Below are positions 39,066 to 52,267 of a stretch of 64,000 nucleotides of DNA, in pieces. Numbering within the stretch: position 1 is the stretch's first letter; each line of letters starts with the position of its first letter. The stretch covers positions 60,140,001 through 60,204,000 of the forward strand of contig NC_043006.1 in NCBI RefSeq assembly GCF_006345805.1, written 5' to 3'. The position numbers were made by a program, and so were the translations under genes. Origin of the DNA: Octopus sinensis. Its lineage: Eukaryota. The notes below the pieces were generated by a model. The model saw only the letters and a program-made list of their open reading frames with translations, ran no database searches and was not told the origin of the DNA.

Positions 39066-40297
39066 TGTCTCACGTATTTACCTTTACTGGAGCAAACCCA
39101 TATCTCACACTCATCTCTGGATTGCGCCGTTGTCGATCCTTTATTATCAAAATTTTGGCTACCACCGTTTATCTTTGTGGAATTGTCATTATTCTACTGC
39201 GATACCTAATAAAAGCGTTGACACTATGTATCACTGAGGTTTCTTCAATTTTATTCTGGTGCGTAAGTGAAATCCAGGCAAAAAACTGTCAGCCAGATCA
39301 GATTTTCATATCTCTTTTATTCCCCCTCTTCCCTCATAATCCATCCCAGGATTGATAAAAAGTAGAATTCCAATTGCCTATTAACTTCAACAAACCAGAT
39401 ATTTCTTCCACAGCCCCTGCTCTTGTTTAGACTTGAACGGTCTCTTATCTGAAGATGTCTCCGTAACCCTCTTGCTATTTATGTCCAGGACCAGCATCAG
39501 TGGCATAAACGTCATAGTTATTCTAAAGGAGAACAATCGTGTGTGTCTAGGAAATCCTGATCTTGCAAATGGCTGCTACGTCTAGACCCATTGAGTGAAG
39601 GTTGTTGAATAGGTATCACTATTTCTTCACCAACACCAGGCATTTACACTGACTGTTGCTAGTATGGTCAAGATTAACTTAACCTCGTTTAAAAACAATA
39701 CTTCTACAGGAGCTTTGAAGCGGCTCACAATATACTCTGTCGCCCAAGATATAACATTTTCTGAGACATCTATATACAGTTGGCGTGGTTCATGCTCGTT
39801 GTCTGCATAATACAGCGCAACTTGTTCAGCGCTCTTACGATCCTGTCATTCAATAATAATTTAAGCCATATCTTGAAACTTCTTTTCTCTTATATATTAT
39901 ATTATATATGATATTAAATTATCTTGGAGCTGTTATTCGCTTTTACATTACGGGATAATATACAAATATATACGGTATAATATACAATATAGATATATTA
40001 ACAAGATTTTGGCACTGACAACAGAAATTAAGTTAATAAGACATTCAGTCATTTTTCATTTTCATATAGATATTTCTCATTGGTAACCGAAGTTAAAAGT
40101 CGATTTTGCTGGGCACCCTCTTCACTAATCAATGGAAATTGACTGTCATTTAAGAAAGAACTTGTCATAATACAATGTATGAAATTTTAGTTTTGATGTT
40201 ATTTACTGGTTGAACGTTTCATTCTTTCAGCAGCTTTCTACGCATTTATATTTCTATATCTATATAATTTTACTCCCCCCCCTCTCTCTCTCTCACA

Positions 40298-40330
<33 letters not shown>

Positions 40331-40430
40331 CACACACACACACACACACACATTATATATATGTATATAATATATATATATATATATGGACACATACACA
40401 CACATACGTATATATGTAAGTATATGTTGG

Positions 40431-40496
<66 letters not shown>

Positions 40497-40789
40497 CACA
40501 CACACACCTTTATATGCAGAAAGACACGTGTATAGCAAAAGAAATAAGAAGAAAATAAAAGAAAAAAATTTCTCACCTATATATTTATATACATAATGTA
40601 TATATCTGAGTATGTTTTAGTGTGAGTATATTCTTTATTTTTTAATTGTGCTATGGATATACAGTCGCAAATACATATACATATGCACATATATACACGT
40701 GTATGAATAACGAAACAAAAGCATAAATAGGTGGTCAACTGGTATCAGGTTAGTTTATAATATACTTGTATAACAGGTTAGTTAAAATT

Positions 40790-40965
40790 TTGGCACATGG
40801 CCACCAAGTTCTGGGGAGGGGTAAGTCGATTATATTAACCCTAGTTTTCAACTAGTACTTATTTTATCGAACCTGAAAAGATAAAAGGCAAAGTCGAACT
40901 CGGCGGAATTTCAACCCCAAAAAGTAAAGACAGACGAAATGCCGTCAAGCATTTGGCTCGGCGCG
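40790..40965 (-). mobile_element. SINE family A-related copy
   Basis: GATAAAAGGCAAAGTCGAACTCGGCGGAATTT..CAGACGAAATGCCG. Confidence 0.75.
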
Positions 40966-40984
40966 CAAACCATTGCCTCGTTAC

Positions 40985-42142
40985 CTTTATATATATAAAA
41001 CTGAGAATGTGTGTCTGTCTGTCTGTGTGTTTCCCTAAAACTTGAGAACTACACAACCAATTTCATTCAAATTGTACACATGCCTTACTTAGGGTCCGGG
41101 GAGTGTCATCAGCAAAAAAATGTTTGAACTTTTCGCCTAGGGCGAGCCCACAGCAATATCATATCTTCTTCACTACGATTCCCTAAAACTTGAGAACTAC
41201 ACAACCAATTTCATTCAGATTTTACACATGCCTTACTTAGGGTCTATGTAGTTTCATGGGCAAAAAAAATGTTCAACTTCTTGCCTAGAGCGAGCCCATA
41301 GCAATATCATATCTTCTCCACTATTTCAGTATTACGTGTTAAAAGTGAAACAAAAATGTTTCTCTATTTTATGTCAGATACTTTCACTTTAACAATAAAA
41401 ATAATAATAACAATTGAATTATATGTAGTAAGTAATAATTAAAATCAAACTAAAGTATAATATAATCGTAGCATAACAAAAGTAAAAATAGCAATTGGTA
41501 TAAAATTGCATCAATGACTTGAACTTGAATAAGTGGTTTCACATGAATGGGAATAAATTAAAAATAAAATTAGCGTGCAGAAATGGAATAGTACAGATGG
41601 ATAATAAAAAATTAAATGAAAGAAAAGACTATTGTCAATAAAGTATACAATGTAGAGAAAAAAGATTTGAACACATGGAGGAAAGCACCTTCAAAAAGTG
41701 TCTTGGTGCGACTATGAAAGGTATCTAATCAGAGGCGGTAAATTCGCCACAATAGAAGCAAGTTTCGAGTCAACGGAGCATGCAAGGGAGTACTCGACTC
41801 GAACTTGCAAAGTGGAAATATTTTATTTTTACCTTTATATCTGGGACGTCCGGAAAAAATTTAAAATGCCCCTCCCCCCCTAAGTAGAGGTAGGCTGGAT
41901 TGTAGCCACACTTCTATACAAGAGGGAAAACAAGATACAATTGATCGAAATTACAAGAGACGGGCTAACAATTCCAGGCTGTTATATATTTTGAGTATTG
42001 TTATCACTAGCGATATCAAGATATAACTTTGTATTTTGTATTTTATGTGTAGATGTATATATATAGATGTACATATAATATGTACACATATATATACATG
42101 CACTAGCACTATGACCCGGCAACGACGGGTCTTTAATGCTAG
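40985..42142 (+). mobile_element. Non-autonomous Helitron-like element
   Basis: 5' TATATATATAAAACTGAGAATGTGTGTCTGTC; internal ~145-bp tandem duplication (~41030-41330); 3' hairpin GACCCG-gcaacga-CGGGTC (42113-42131) followed by CTAG (42139-42142). Confidence 0.65.
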
Positions 42143-42197
42143 TACTTATATAACATATTGTAGAGAAATTCAAATATACATAAAGGAATATATGTAG

Positions 42198-42492
42198 CAG
42201 TGGAGGCGCAATGGCCCAGTGCTTAGGGTAGTGGACTCACAGTTTCGATTCCCAGACCGGGCGTTGTGTGTGTTTATTGAGCGAAACCACCTAAAGCTCC
42301 ACGAGGCTCCGGCAGGCGGTGGTGGCGACCCCTGTTGTACTCTTTCGCCACAACTTCCTCTCACTCTTTCTTCCTGTTTCTTGGGTAACGCTGCGATGGA
42401 CTGGCGTTCTGTCCAGCTGGGGGGAACATATACGCCACAGAAACCAGGAAACAGGGCCCATGAGCCTGGCTAGGCTTGAAAAGAGCGCGTAA
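42198..42492 (+). mobile_element. SINE family C, tail type 2
   Basis: Same head and first ~160 bp as 44620, then GCTGCGATGGACTGGCG..GAGCCTGGCTAGGCTTGAAAA. Confidence 0.88.
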
Positions 42493-42651
42493 ATAAAAAT
42501 ATATGTAGCAAGTGTTCGGAATGTGAAAAGTTTGTAATAGTTCAGATGTAGCTTGGTTCACTCCAAGATAAGGTACGCTTCTTTTCTATCACTTTCATCG
42601 TTTTACCTCCGACGCCATCGGTCTATTTACCAACTGTGTCTCATCAATACC

Positions 42652-42882
42652 TATTTCTTTATTACCCACAAGGGGCTAAACACAGAGTGGACAAACACGG
42701 ACAGACATAGGTATTAAGTCGATTACATCGACCCCAGTGCGTAACTGGTATTTAGTTTTATCGACCCCGAAAGGATGAAAGGCAAAGTCGACCTCAGCGG
42801 AATTTGAACTCACAACGTAACGGCAGACGAAATACCGCTAAGCATTTCGCCCGGCGTGCTAACGTTTCTGCCAGCTCGCCGC
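42652..42882 (-). mobile_element. SINE family A, full length with TSD
   Basis: 12-bp TSD CTCATCAATACC at 42640-42651 and 42883-42894. Confidence 0.92.
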
Positions 42883-44619
42883 CTCATCAATACCGTCGAC
42901 TTCATTACTGTATATTCAAACAAGTTGCTTTGTTCTTTTTGTAGCATATAGTGCTAGTTTAAAATATATAGGTATATTCTGTAGTACTGTCAAGTATTGA
43001 AGCAAAATGCCGTTATCGCAACAATAGTATATATTTTTAAACTAGCTGCGAAGAATACATTAGTATTATATATGAAAATGGCTGTAACGATTTATTGCAT
43101 GGTAATAAATGTATAAGCAATATGTCCTTGCATAGTTAGACAGGGTGCCTAGTTGCTGGTAAAATTCCAAACAGGATTGAATAAGTCAGACTGATCTCTA
43201 ATTTTCTGACTATGTGGATAATGTAACATCAGAAGAAGGTATTTGTGACTTTCCATTACATACATTGTTGATTAAAATCTTTAGATATATTTTGTAATAC
43301 GGTATAGTATTACATTTACTTTTGCTATTTTACCAAAACTCTGTCGCATGGAACACATCAAACTACCACCCAACATGTATTTTCGATGTTTGGATTCTGA
43401 ACAATAAAGTACTTAAGCAGATACATGAAAAGGTAAGCAGAAAATGGTATCCAGTCAACTGGTGTGTGATGCTGTCATCGATCAATGACATTTAATAAGC
43501 TAATAAGAATTTTCTGTGCAGATTTTCTATTATACCGTAATCTTTGATCTAAAATAAAATTAAGCCTCGTGAGCAGATATACTTTTGTAGGTCTACATAT
43601 ATGTACACACGCACACACACATACACATCTCTCTCTCTCTCTCTCGAATTGGCTTAAACATTATACTTCAAAGTCTGCTTATGTTAGCAATAAACAAGAC
43701 ATATTTTACTTTCGTAATTGAAATTTGTTAATGCGATAATATTAAACTGATATATATTAAACAAAATTGACTATTTGGAGAGAGTGATGATGTCGGCCAA
43801 TGAACATTAAATGAATGAACTGGAACACAAGGCTAAATGCCAGGTAAAGCTAATAGTAAATTGCATTTCGTTGAGTTCGTCTTGTTCTGCGTTCAAATAT
43901 CCTAATCATCAACATTGTGTTATATATCTCCATTTTGATAAAACGACAACCAATATGACATTCTGGAGTCTTAATATTTACCTTGACTTGAACAAAAACA
44001 CTATAATATTTTTTAATTGTTTAACTCAATTATATTTGTTATCAGTTTCTTTCACAAATCTGCAAACTTTAGAGGAGGAGAATAGTGGATTAAAATTAAT
44101 CCATACATAACTAGTCCTTATACCAATGAGTATAGCCGTGAGATATAATAGGCCTTCCGCAGTAAGTAGTTGTATCTAAATACTGAAAGACATATCTGAT
44201 TTTGTACGATTATGTTATCTGTTGCCCTTCAGTAATAATAATGATCTCTAGCATGATCACAGGCATGGCTGTGTAGATCACAAGTTCGCTTTTCAACCAA
44301 CTGGCTTCGGGTTCACTCTCACTACACACCAACTATGTTCTCGAACTGACCAATGCCTTGTGAGGGAATTGAGTTGGCGGAAACTGCATGACTGCACGTC
44401 CTCTCTCTGTGTTTATGTATGTATGTTTGTACACCCCGCCACACGTAATTTACACGGGTAAGTGAACAAACGAAAGGAAGTAGCAATCAGAACAGTTGGC
44501 TGGCGTTACATATATTTAAGAACAGTTTGACTTAGCTCGTGTAAAACTTGTCCATCCATCAGATGTTTGGAGGCAGTGTTTGAACATCTGATGAGATGGA
44601 CGTGTTATACGCACCCATG

Positions 44620-44993
44620 TAGTGGAGGCGCAATGGCCCAGTGGTTAGGGCAGCGGACTCGCGGTTTCGATTCCCAGACCGGGCGTTGTGAGTGTTTATT
44701 GAGTGAAAACACCTAAAGTTCCACGAGGCTCCGGCAGGGGATGGTGGTGATCCCTGCTGTACTCTTTCACCACAACTTTCCCTCACTCTTACTTCCTGTT
44801 TCTGTTGTACCTGTATTTCAAAGGGCCGGCCTTGTCACTCTCTGTGTCACGCTGAATATCCCCGAGAACTACGTTAAGGGTACACGTGTCTGTGGAGTGC
44901 TTAGCCACTTACACGTTAATTTCACGAGCAGGCTGTTCCGTTGATTCGGAACCACCGGAACCCTCGTCGTCGTAACCGACGGAGTGCTTCCAC
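44620..44993 (+). mobile_element. tRNA-derived SINE family C, tail type 1, with TSD
   Basis: GGAGGCGCAATGGCCCAGTGGTTAGG (A box)..GGTTTCGATTCCC (B box); 12-bp TSD TACGCACCCATG at 44608-44619 and 44994-45005. Confidence 0.92.
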
Positions 44994-45654
44994 TACGCAC
45001 CCATGAAAATTTAAGTCATGTGTGTGTGTGTGTGTAACTTGTGTTTGTCTCCCCAGTGCTGAAAACTTTACGTTCCCATAACATTAGCAAGTAGTTAAAA
45101 AAAATCCCGTAGAATAAGTACTTGGCTTAAACAAAGTAAATACAGGAGTCATTGTATTCGACTAAACATTCCAAGGCGGTTCCCAGCATGGCGGTGTCCC
45201 AGCAGTTCAATGACTGAAACGACGACTTTGGCGAAATTTGAACTTAGGACGTAAAGAACCGGAAGAAATGCCACTTCACATTTTGTTCGACGCTCTAACG
45301 ATCCGCCAGCTCGCCCTCTGAGTTATTAGTTAATAGTCTAACTCAAAGCCTGAAGTTTTGCGGGACGGACCAATCAATTTCTTCAACACCAGTGCTCAAC
45401 TGGGACTTATTTCATTTACCTTGAAAGGATGAAAGGCAAAGGCGACCTCGGCGAACAGGTAGAATTGCTGGAGCATCAGAAAAATATCTAGCGTTATTTG
45501 TTCCGGCTCTTCACGTCTTTAGTACAAATCGAGGTAAGCTTTTCCCTTCCATCTTTCCGGTGTCAATTGAATAAAATTCCAGTCATGTAATGCAGTAGAT
45601 GAAATCAACTAACTCCTACCTCACCACTGCAAATTTCTGGCCTTCTATATAAAT

Positions 45655-46040
45655 TCTTTTCTACTCTAGGCACAAGGCCCGAAATTTTGGGGGAGGGGGC
45701 CATACGAGAAGATCAATCCCCAGTACGCAACTGGTACTTAATTTATCAACCCCGAGAGGATGAAAGGCAAAGTCGACCACGGCGGAATGTAAAGACAGAC
45801 GAAATACCTATTTCTTTACTGTCCACAAAGGGCTAAACACAGAGAGGACAAACAAGGATAGACAAACGGATTAAGTCGATTATATCGACCCCAGTGCGTA
45901 ACTGGTACTTATTTAATCGACTCCGAAAGGATGAAAGGCAAAGTCGACCCCGGCGGAATTTGAACTCAGAACGTAGCGGCAGACGAAATACCGCTGAGCA
46001 TTTCGCCAGGCGTGCTAACGTTTCTGCCAGTTCGCCGCCT
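45655..46040 (-). mobile_element. Two adjacent SINE family A copies (partial 45655-45808, full 45809-46040)
   Basis: Both match family A; the second copy's tail abuts GAAATACC of the first. Confidence 0.85.
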
Positions 46041-46960
46041 TTCTTTTTCTATATATATATTGGAGATAATATGTAAGTAGCAGTTGTGTGATGAGGTAGT
46101 TTTAATCGGTCACATTCTTTCGGCACACTTTGTAGATTTGTGAGAATTTTAGTAATTACTGAGTAAAACAACATTATTCTGATAAACTACACATATCAGA
46201 TCGAATTCTGGCAAACCAAGGAAAGTTTTAAGAGATGATGCTTTGACTAAATTGACTCTAGAATGTATTAATGGTTATCTTGTTTATCTCAGAAGAGATT
46301 AAGATGCGGAGGGAAGATACACAATATCGTTCTTTATAAGATTTGAACTCCTAAAAACTGCAATCAAACATGGTCTGTTTACTAACAGCTGCAGTTAGCC
46401 TGTTCGCTGACCGCTGTGATCTTCCTCCAATTACTAATTACTAATTCTTATTTAATATAAATCAGATTATTTTTATCGCATTAGCACATTTCTATTACGA
46501 AGTAGATTGCATTTCTTATTGCTAACATAAACAGACTTTGAAGTACGTGGTTTAAGCAAATTTAATATATATACAGGCTTACACAAATATAAGCTCATGA
46601 AGCTTAATTTTATCTTAGATCAAAAATTTCCATACAAATATGGACAGAAAAGTCTCATAAACGTATCAGATATCAATTTTATCAAGATATTTTGTATTTT
46701 ATTTAATGCGTAAAATAACGATCGTGGTGGCACAGCTAAAGTGATCATTGATACTGGAAGGAAGAATTAAGTCTATGTAGGGCGAGCATGTTTGGCATAA
46801 AGGACAGGTGTTGCAGCAAGCTAGAGAGCGTTCAACGGAAGAAACAGGGGTCAGATTAGATGAGACGGAGGAGGTATCGTAAGATAGTGAATAGAGAGGT
46901 GAAGCTGGCTGGCAACTAAGAGAGAGGAAGGGAATGTGGTTGGTGGCAAACCAACGTTTA

Positions 46961-47182
46961 GGCGGCGAGCTGGCAGAAACGTTAGCACACCGGGCGAAAT
47001 GCGTAGCCGTATTACGTCTGCCGATACGTTCTGAGTTCAAATTCCGCCGAGGTCGACTTTGCCTTTCATCCTTTCGGGGTCGATAAATTAAGTACCAGTT
47101 ACGCACTGGGGTTGATGTAATCCGTTTGTTTCTCCTTGCTTGTCCCATCTGTGTTTAGCCCCTTGTGGGTAGTAAAGAAATA
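46961..47182 (+). mobile_element. SINE family A, full length
   Basis: GGCGGCGAGCTGGCAGAAACGTTAGCAC.. through ..GTAAAGAAATA. Confidence 0.9.
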
Positions 47183-48379
47183 GGTAAACCAAATAGAAAG
47201 TACGGAGTTTCAGGTACTGTTAAAATCGTGGGTGCAATGCCGGCTGAGTAAATATTGCTTACACAAAACGCCATTTTCCCCATTTTCTTCACATTTTCTT
47301 GACGAAGGATTACTTTTCTTATGCATCTGGTTCGCATTTTTGTCTTTTGTACGTCGACTCAGACCTGCTTCTAGAATTCCACTACATTAGATTAATATAC
47401 TACACCAAATTTCTGCAACGTTCCTATCTCCCTGTGCTGAATACACAAATCTTCGTGATATACATCATAGTTCCAAAACAGCTTCTCATCCTTGTGCCTT
47501 TCGATGCTCACCTTTACTCTGAATCGCTACCTTATCTACACTGTTTTCGTAAGCGGTGGCTTCATCCACAATTTCATCTCGGGAAGTTTTCTATTTCCAC
47601 CTAAAGCCCATTAACTCTCTTCCTCATTATTGAGCACATTCCCATCCTCACACCCCGTAAACTCACGTGCCCTAAGAACCAACCAATTTACTCGTTCTCA
47701 ATTCCTTACGTATGAGTTACCAAACTCGCCTTATTCTTTCTTCCACTTGCACCATACCCATTCCTCACGCGAAACAAGCATTTCAGCCGAATATTATTCG
47801 ACATGCTTTCACATACCAAAGCCAGTAATTTCTGGTAACGATTTAACTCAGCTGCTGCTCTCCCGCCTTGACCTGTACAATAGCCCTGCATCCGCTATTG
47901 TTATTCACCCTTCAACCGATCACCTTCGGATTTTGCGTGTTATATCGAGCCTTCGTTTCATAACCAGACCCGAACTGATATCGAAGGTTAGCTGCCACGC
48001 ACAAAGCTGCTAATATTCTTCCACCAAAGACCACATGCTTTCCATTGCTGCAGCAATCTCGCTGGTTGCGCAATCCAGGATAGTTCAAACCTGTTTGTCA
48101 GCTTGTGCAACGTACGCATTGGGTTCCTTCAATTTTCAGAAGAGATTAAGTTGTCTAAACCATCTCGCGACTTGAGCTCTCTGCACTCCTCCGCCGCATT
48201 CGACGCTGCCAATCGCTCAAATCCAAAGAGTTCTATGAACGACAGATTCGTTATTCGTAGCTGTTGACGTGTAACAACGCAGAGACAATTACCGCAGTGA
48301 AGTCTTTCTATATCTGAGTGTACACGAACCTGCTGAATGTAATTGTAGAGACCAGGGTCAGTTTTAGGACTAAATAACC

Positions 48380-49330
48380 ACCACAATCGCCGCCGCCACC
48401 GCCGCCACCGCCGCAACAACCACCACCACCATCACCACCACCACCACCACCACCACCACAATAGTAGCAGCAGCAGCAGCAGCAACGACAACAACAACAA
48501 GGACCACGTCAAACGACACAACAAGAACAGTCCGTAGCACAGCGTTTGTGTCCCCTTTACACACTGGGAACGCGTTACAAGCGGGCACAACCAGTTTCTA
48601 TTTCATAAATGAGAGAAGACTCAAAGTAGAAATATTTCTTGCTGCTAACACCGACAAGTATCACACTGCACAAGTATGATTCTCTGGAACAATATTTTCA
48701 GCTCTTAATTGATATCGGTGTAGCTTTTACATTTTGCTTTTACTGTTAATGCCCCAGAGAAAACACAAAACATTGTCTCATTTTCTATTATGATTAAAGT
48801 TACCAGTCTTGTGTATAAAACAAGACTTTCAGTGGAGTGTGTCGTTGTACGAAATGTAATCCCTCAACGGGTGGTCTCGCAGAACCGAATTTCACTCTGG
48901 CTATTCAGAACTAATTAACGTTTCTTCTAATATGAAACTTATCAAAAATAGCAATGCAACTTACGCAAAACAAAACAAAAAAAAAAAAAACCACACAGTA
49001 CCATTCTTTCTTTTATGTAAATGTGCACTGTTGGACCTAAGTAAGAAATCAATAAATGTGTGATATAGGTTCGCTCGCAGCACAGAAAAAAAAAAAAAAA
49101 AAGAGATAGAGTAAAAAGAAAAATTTACACGTATAAAAGAACGATCGTATCGAATGGCAATGTCAGAGGTTAGATAGTATCAGATGACCTGTTTTAGTGG
49201 CGATCTCGTGGCTGATATCAGCGATTAGAGTAAAAAGGCTGGGTTCAATATGGTCAATCATACAGGAGCCAAGACAAAAACCTCTTATCTAACGTATGCC
49301 GTTTCATTGTCAGTTTACCACGCCGATTGT

Positions 49331-49388
<58 letters not shown>

Positions 49389-49611
49389 TCTGCTGCAGCT
49401 ATTGATGCTGCTCTTGTTGTTGGTGATGATGATGATCAATTCCAGGATGATCAATATTTTCACTTCTTTCCTGCACTTTTTACTCTTGTAGTTCTTCATT
49501 CTTCAATAGAAACTTTGCCTTCCTCTTCCTCCTCCTCCTCCTCCTCCTCCGTATTTCCCTTCATCATTATCGTCATTAACATCATCACTGTTACCACCAC
49601 CATCGACAACA

Positions 49612-49644
<33 letters not shown>

Positions 49645-49719
49645 CCACTGCCACCAAAATCATCATCATCATCATCATCACCATCGTCGTCGTCATCGTC
49701 ATCATAGTCGTCGTCGTCG

Positions 49720-49753
<34 letters not shown>

Positions 49754-50105
49754 TCGCCCTTTTCAATATCGCTGATCTCATCAATAATGCAATCCCCATA
49801 AACTGCATGCCAACATAACATAGAACCCCCCCCACCCCACACTTAACCATTTCCAAACGTTTTCAACCCGTACCGCCTAATTTAGCTTTTGCATCACGCC
49901 TCCACAGCGGTCTCCTTTCAACCCAGCATCCATCTGACGTCAGCACATTGAACCAAACCCAAATCCAAACAATGAACTTCTGATTGCTATCTGTGGTGAC
50001 ATTGTCCTTAATGTTCTACCTTATCGCCATTTCATTCAAGATAAATCTAGCTGCGGCCCAGAGAAACTGGTTGAGATTCTTGGGGAACTACTACTACTAC
50101 TACTG

Positions 50106-50155
<50 letters not shown>

Positions 50156-50510
50156 GCTACTGCTGCTGCTGCTGCTGTTGTAGCTACTTTTGTAAAGGAG
50201 GAAAAAGAAGAAATCATACGAAGTTGATGAAGAGGAAGGGAGGAGGAGGGAAAGGGAAAAGGGGAGGGAGAAGAAAATGAGCTACAACAAAGTGGAAGAA
50301 GAGACAGGTGAGGAGGAGTCGAAGGCGGAGAAAAGAGGGAAATGGAATAGAAAATTGAGGTGAAGAAGAAAAATGACGAAGAAGGAAGGGGAGGAAGAGG
50401 AGGCAATGACAAAGCAAGAGGAGAAGAAGAGGACAGAGAAGGAGGAGGAGATGTATAAAAGAAAAAGAAAGAGAAAGAAGGGAAACACGAAGAAGATGGA
50501 AAAGGAGAAG
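48380..50510. repeat. Cluster of trinucleotide and purine-rich simple repeats (CCG/CCA/GCA, ACT, TCC, CAT/CGT, TAC/TGC, GAA/GGA)
   Basis: Tracts at ~48385-48500, 49330-49760, 50085-50180 and 50220-50510. Confidence 0.9.
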
Positions 50511-50790
50511 ACCTTCTTATGTGTTTCTCAAGCAATTAATAATATAGGTTTCTAAGTTTGATATATCAACACACCCGTATATTTGGCTGGTGGTGGAGTG
50601 TAAATTTTCATTCGATTCGATTATATCAAAGGTTCTTAACCTATTTTGGCTAAAGACCCCCTTTTGACCATTGGAGTCACAAATGCCCCCCCCCCCCGAA
50701 AACATTTTTTTTTCATTGTGATATCAGCAGATAATGATTGAGAAATAAAAGACGTCGTTTTACATATACGTTTGTACCCGGGCGGGAGTA

Positions 50791-51136
50791 AAAAGGGGGT
50801 AAAGACCCCCTTCGGTCATGAATGACCATGGGATTGCACCTAGAAAGTTACCCTCCTAGACACACGTCCGGGCAAGGTTGTTTATGGAAGACCAGCAGTC
50901 GCCCATGCATACCGGCCTCCCCTCTCCACGCCACCAGTGATATCCAAGGGAAAGACAAAGGTCGATACAGCTTGGCACCAGTGACGTCGCAACTCATTTC
51001 TTCAGCTGAGTGAACTGGAGCAACGTGAAATAAAGTGTTTTGCTCAAGAACACAACACGCAGCCCGGTCCGGGATTCGAGCTCACAACCTCACGATCGTA
51101 AGCTCGACGCTCTAACCACTGAGCCATGCGCCTTCA
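50791..51136 (-). mobile_element. tRNA-derived SINE family D with TSD
   Basis: Minus-strand head GAAGGCGCATGGCTCAGTGGTTAGAGCG..TTACGAT..GAGCTCGAATCCC (tRNA-Arg-like); 12-bp TSD CGGGCGGGAGTA at 50779-50790 and 51137-51148. Confidence 0.92.
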
Positions 51137-52225
51137 CGGGCGGGAGTACAGATGTACAAATTGAAACGAAAAAAAACCTCCCAAAAAACAAAAAAACAAA
51201 AACAAACCAAATAATGAATTGAAATTTTGGTAATTGCGTTTATTTCCACCACGAGACACTTTTGAGATCAACATGTCTATCGAAAGAGTGCTCTTTGGTA
51301 CAAGTAAATGCCGATGAAATAATTTCGAACCTTTCCGATTTCCCTTATTAAAACAGATAGAATTTGTGCAACAATCTGACATATAAGTTATTGTCACCGG
51401 GGAAGAGGATTTTTTTATGCTCAAGAAAGAGTGTATTTGATAGAAATTGTTGAAATACATATGTACTTCATAGGAGTAGCAAATTAGCAAATTGTGGAGG
51501 ATGGTATTCACTGTACTTGGATCTAGTTAGTTTGAGTAACAAAATCAGCCCCCGTTAAACATGACGTGAAAATCTGAAAATATGTCATATTAAACTTTCA
51601 TTTCTTATTCAGGATTTCGTTCATTTACAAAATCCACATTTTTTAGTAGGAAGTAAAAAATCTGAAAACTGGTTGCAGTTTTCCACGCTTAATGCAGCAT
51701 TCCACGCTTATTCCTTTGAAGCCATGAACTTTCAGAGAAAAAAATTACGCACACAAATGTTTATTTGTTTTAATTGTGGTTTTAAAATAGGGATAGTCTG
51801 AATCTAACATTCATTTCTCTTTATAATTTATAAATAGTTTCTTAAATGTTTCAAAATAGGAAACAGTAGTTAAAAATTAACGAAATAGAATTTTGGGCGA
51901 TCTCTTTTTATGACTGACTTTTATATTCCATTCTCCTAATATCTTCTGAAACTTATACATTTATAAATGCATACAGAAACATACAAATATATACACACTC
52001 TCATACATTTTTACAGAGTTAGTTTTATATACATCCTTGTATATATATAAATATTTTGGTATATCTACACAATTGTGCCCCAAAGATTTGCTTCTTCTCG
52101 AGAAAATTAAACATTTCTTTTCTACAAATTTGCTTCAGATCATGTAGATTCCGATTAAATTGGAATTCATTGTGAAAACTGTTTGACCGTAAAGGAATTT
52201 TAGAAAACCACACCATTAGGCTTTG

Positions 52226-52266
<41 letters not shown>

Positions 52267-52267
<1 letters not shown>

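Noticed and set aside
48000-48110. Minus-strand peptide NGKHVVFGG resembling the cyclophilin motif LDGKHVVFG
   Set aside because: Only 7 residues match, the flanks lack the other cyclophilin motifs, and the frame is short and bounded by stops; probably chance.
49935-49942. Perfect CRE palindrome TGACGTCA
   Set aside because: An 8-mer with no linked gene; it also occurs at 1521-1528 inside a repeat spacer.
49984-50280. ORF with a hydrophobic, signal-peptide-like N-terminus
   Set aside because: It starts at TTG and runs into TAC/TGC microsatellites; there is no homology or splice support.
51085-51136. tRNA-like sequences here and at 44620, 42198 and 6212
   Set aside because: These are SINE heads, continuous with SINE bodies and in some cases TSDs; none forms a complete cloverleaf.
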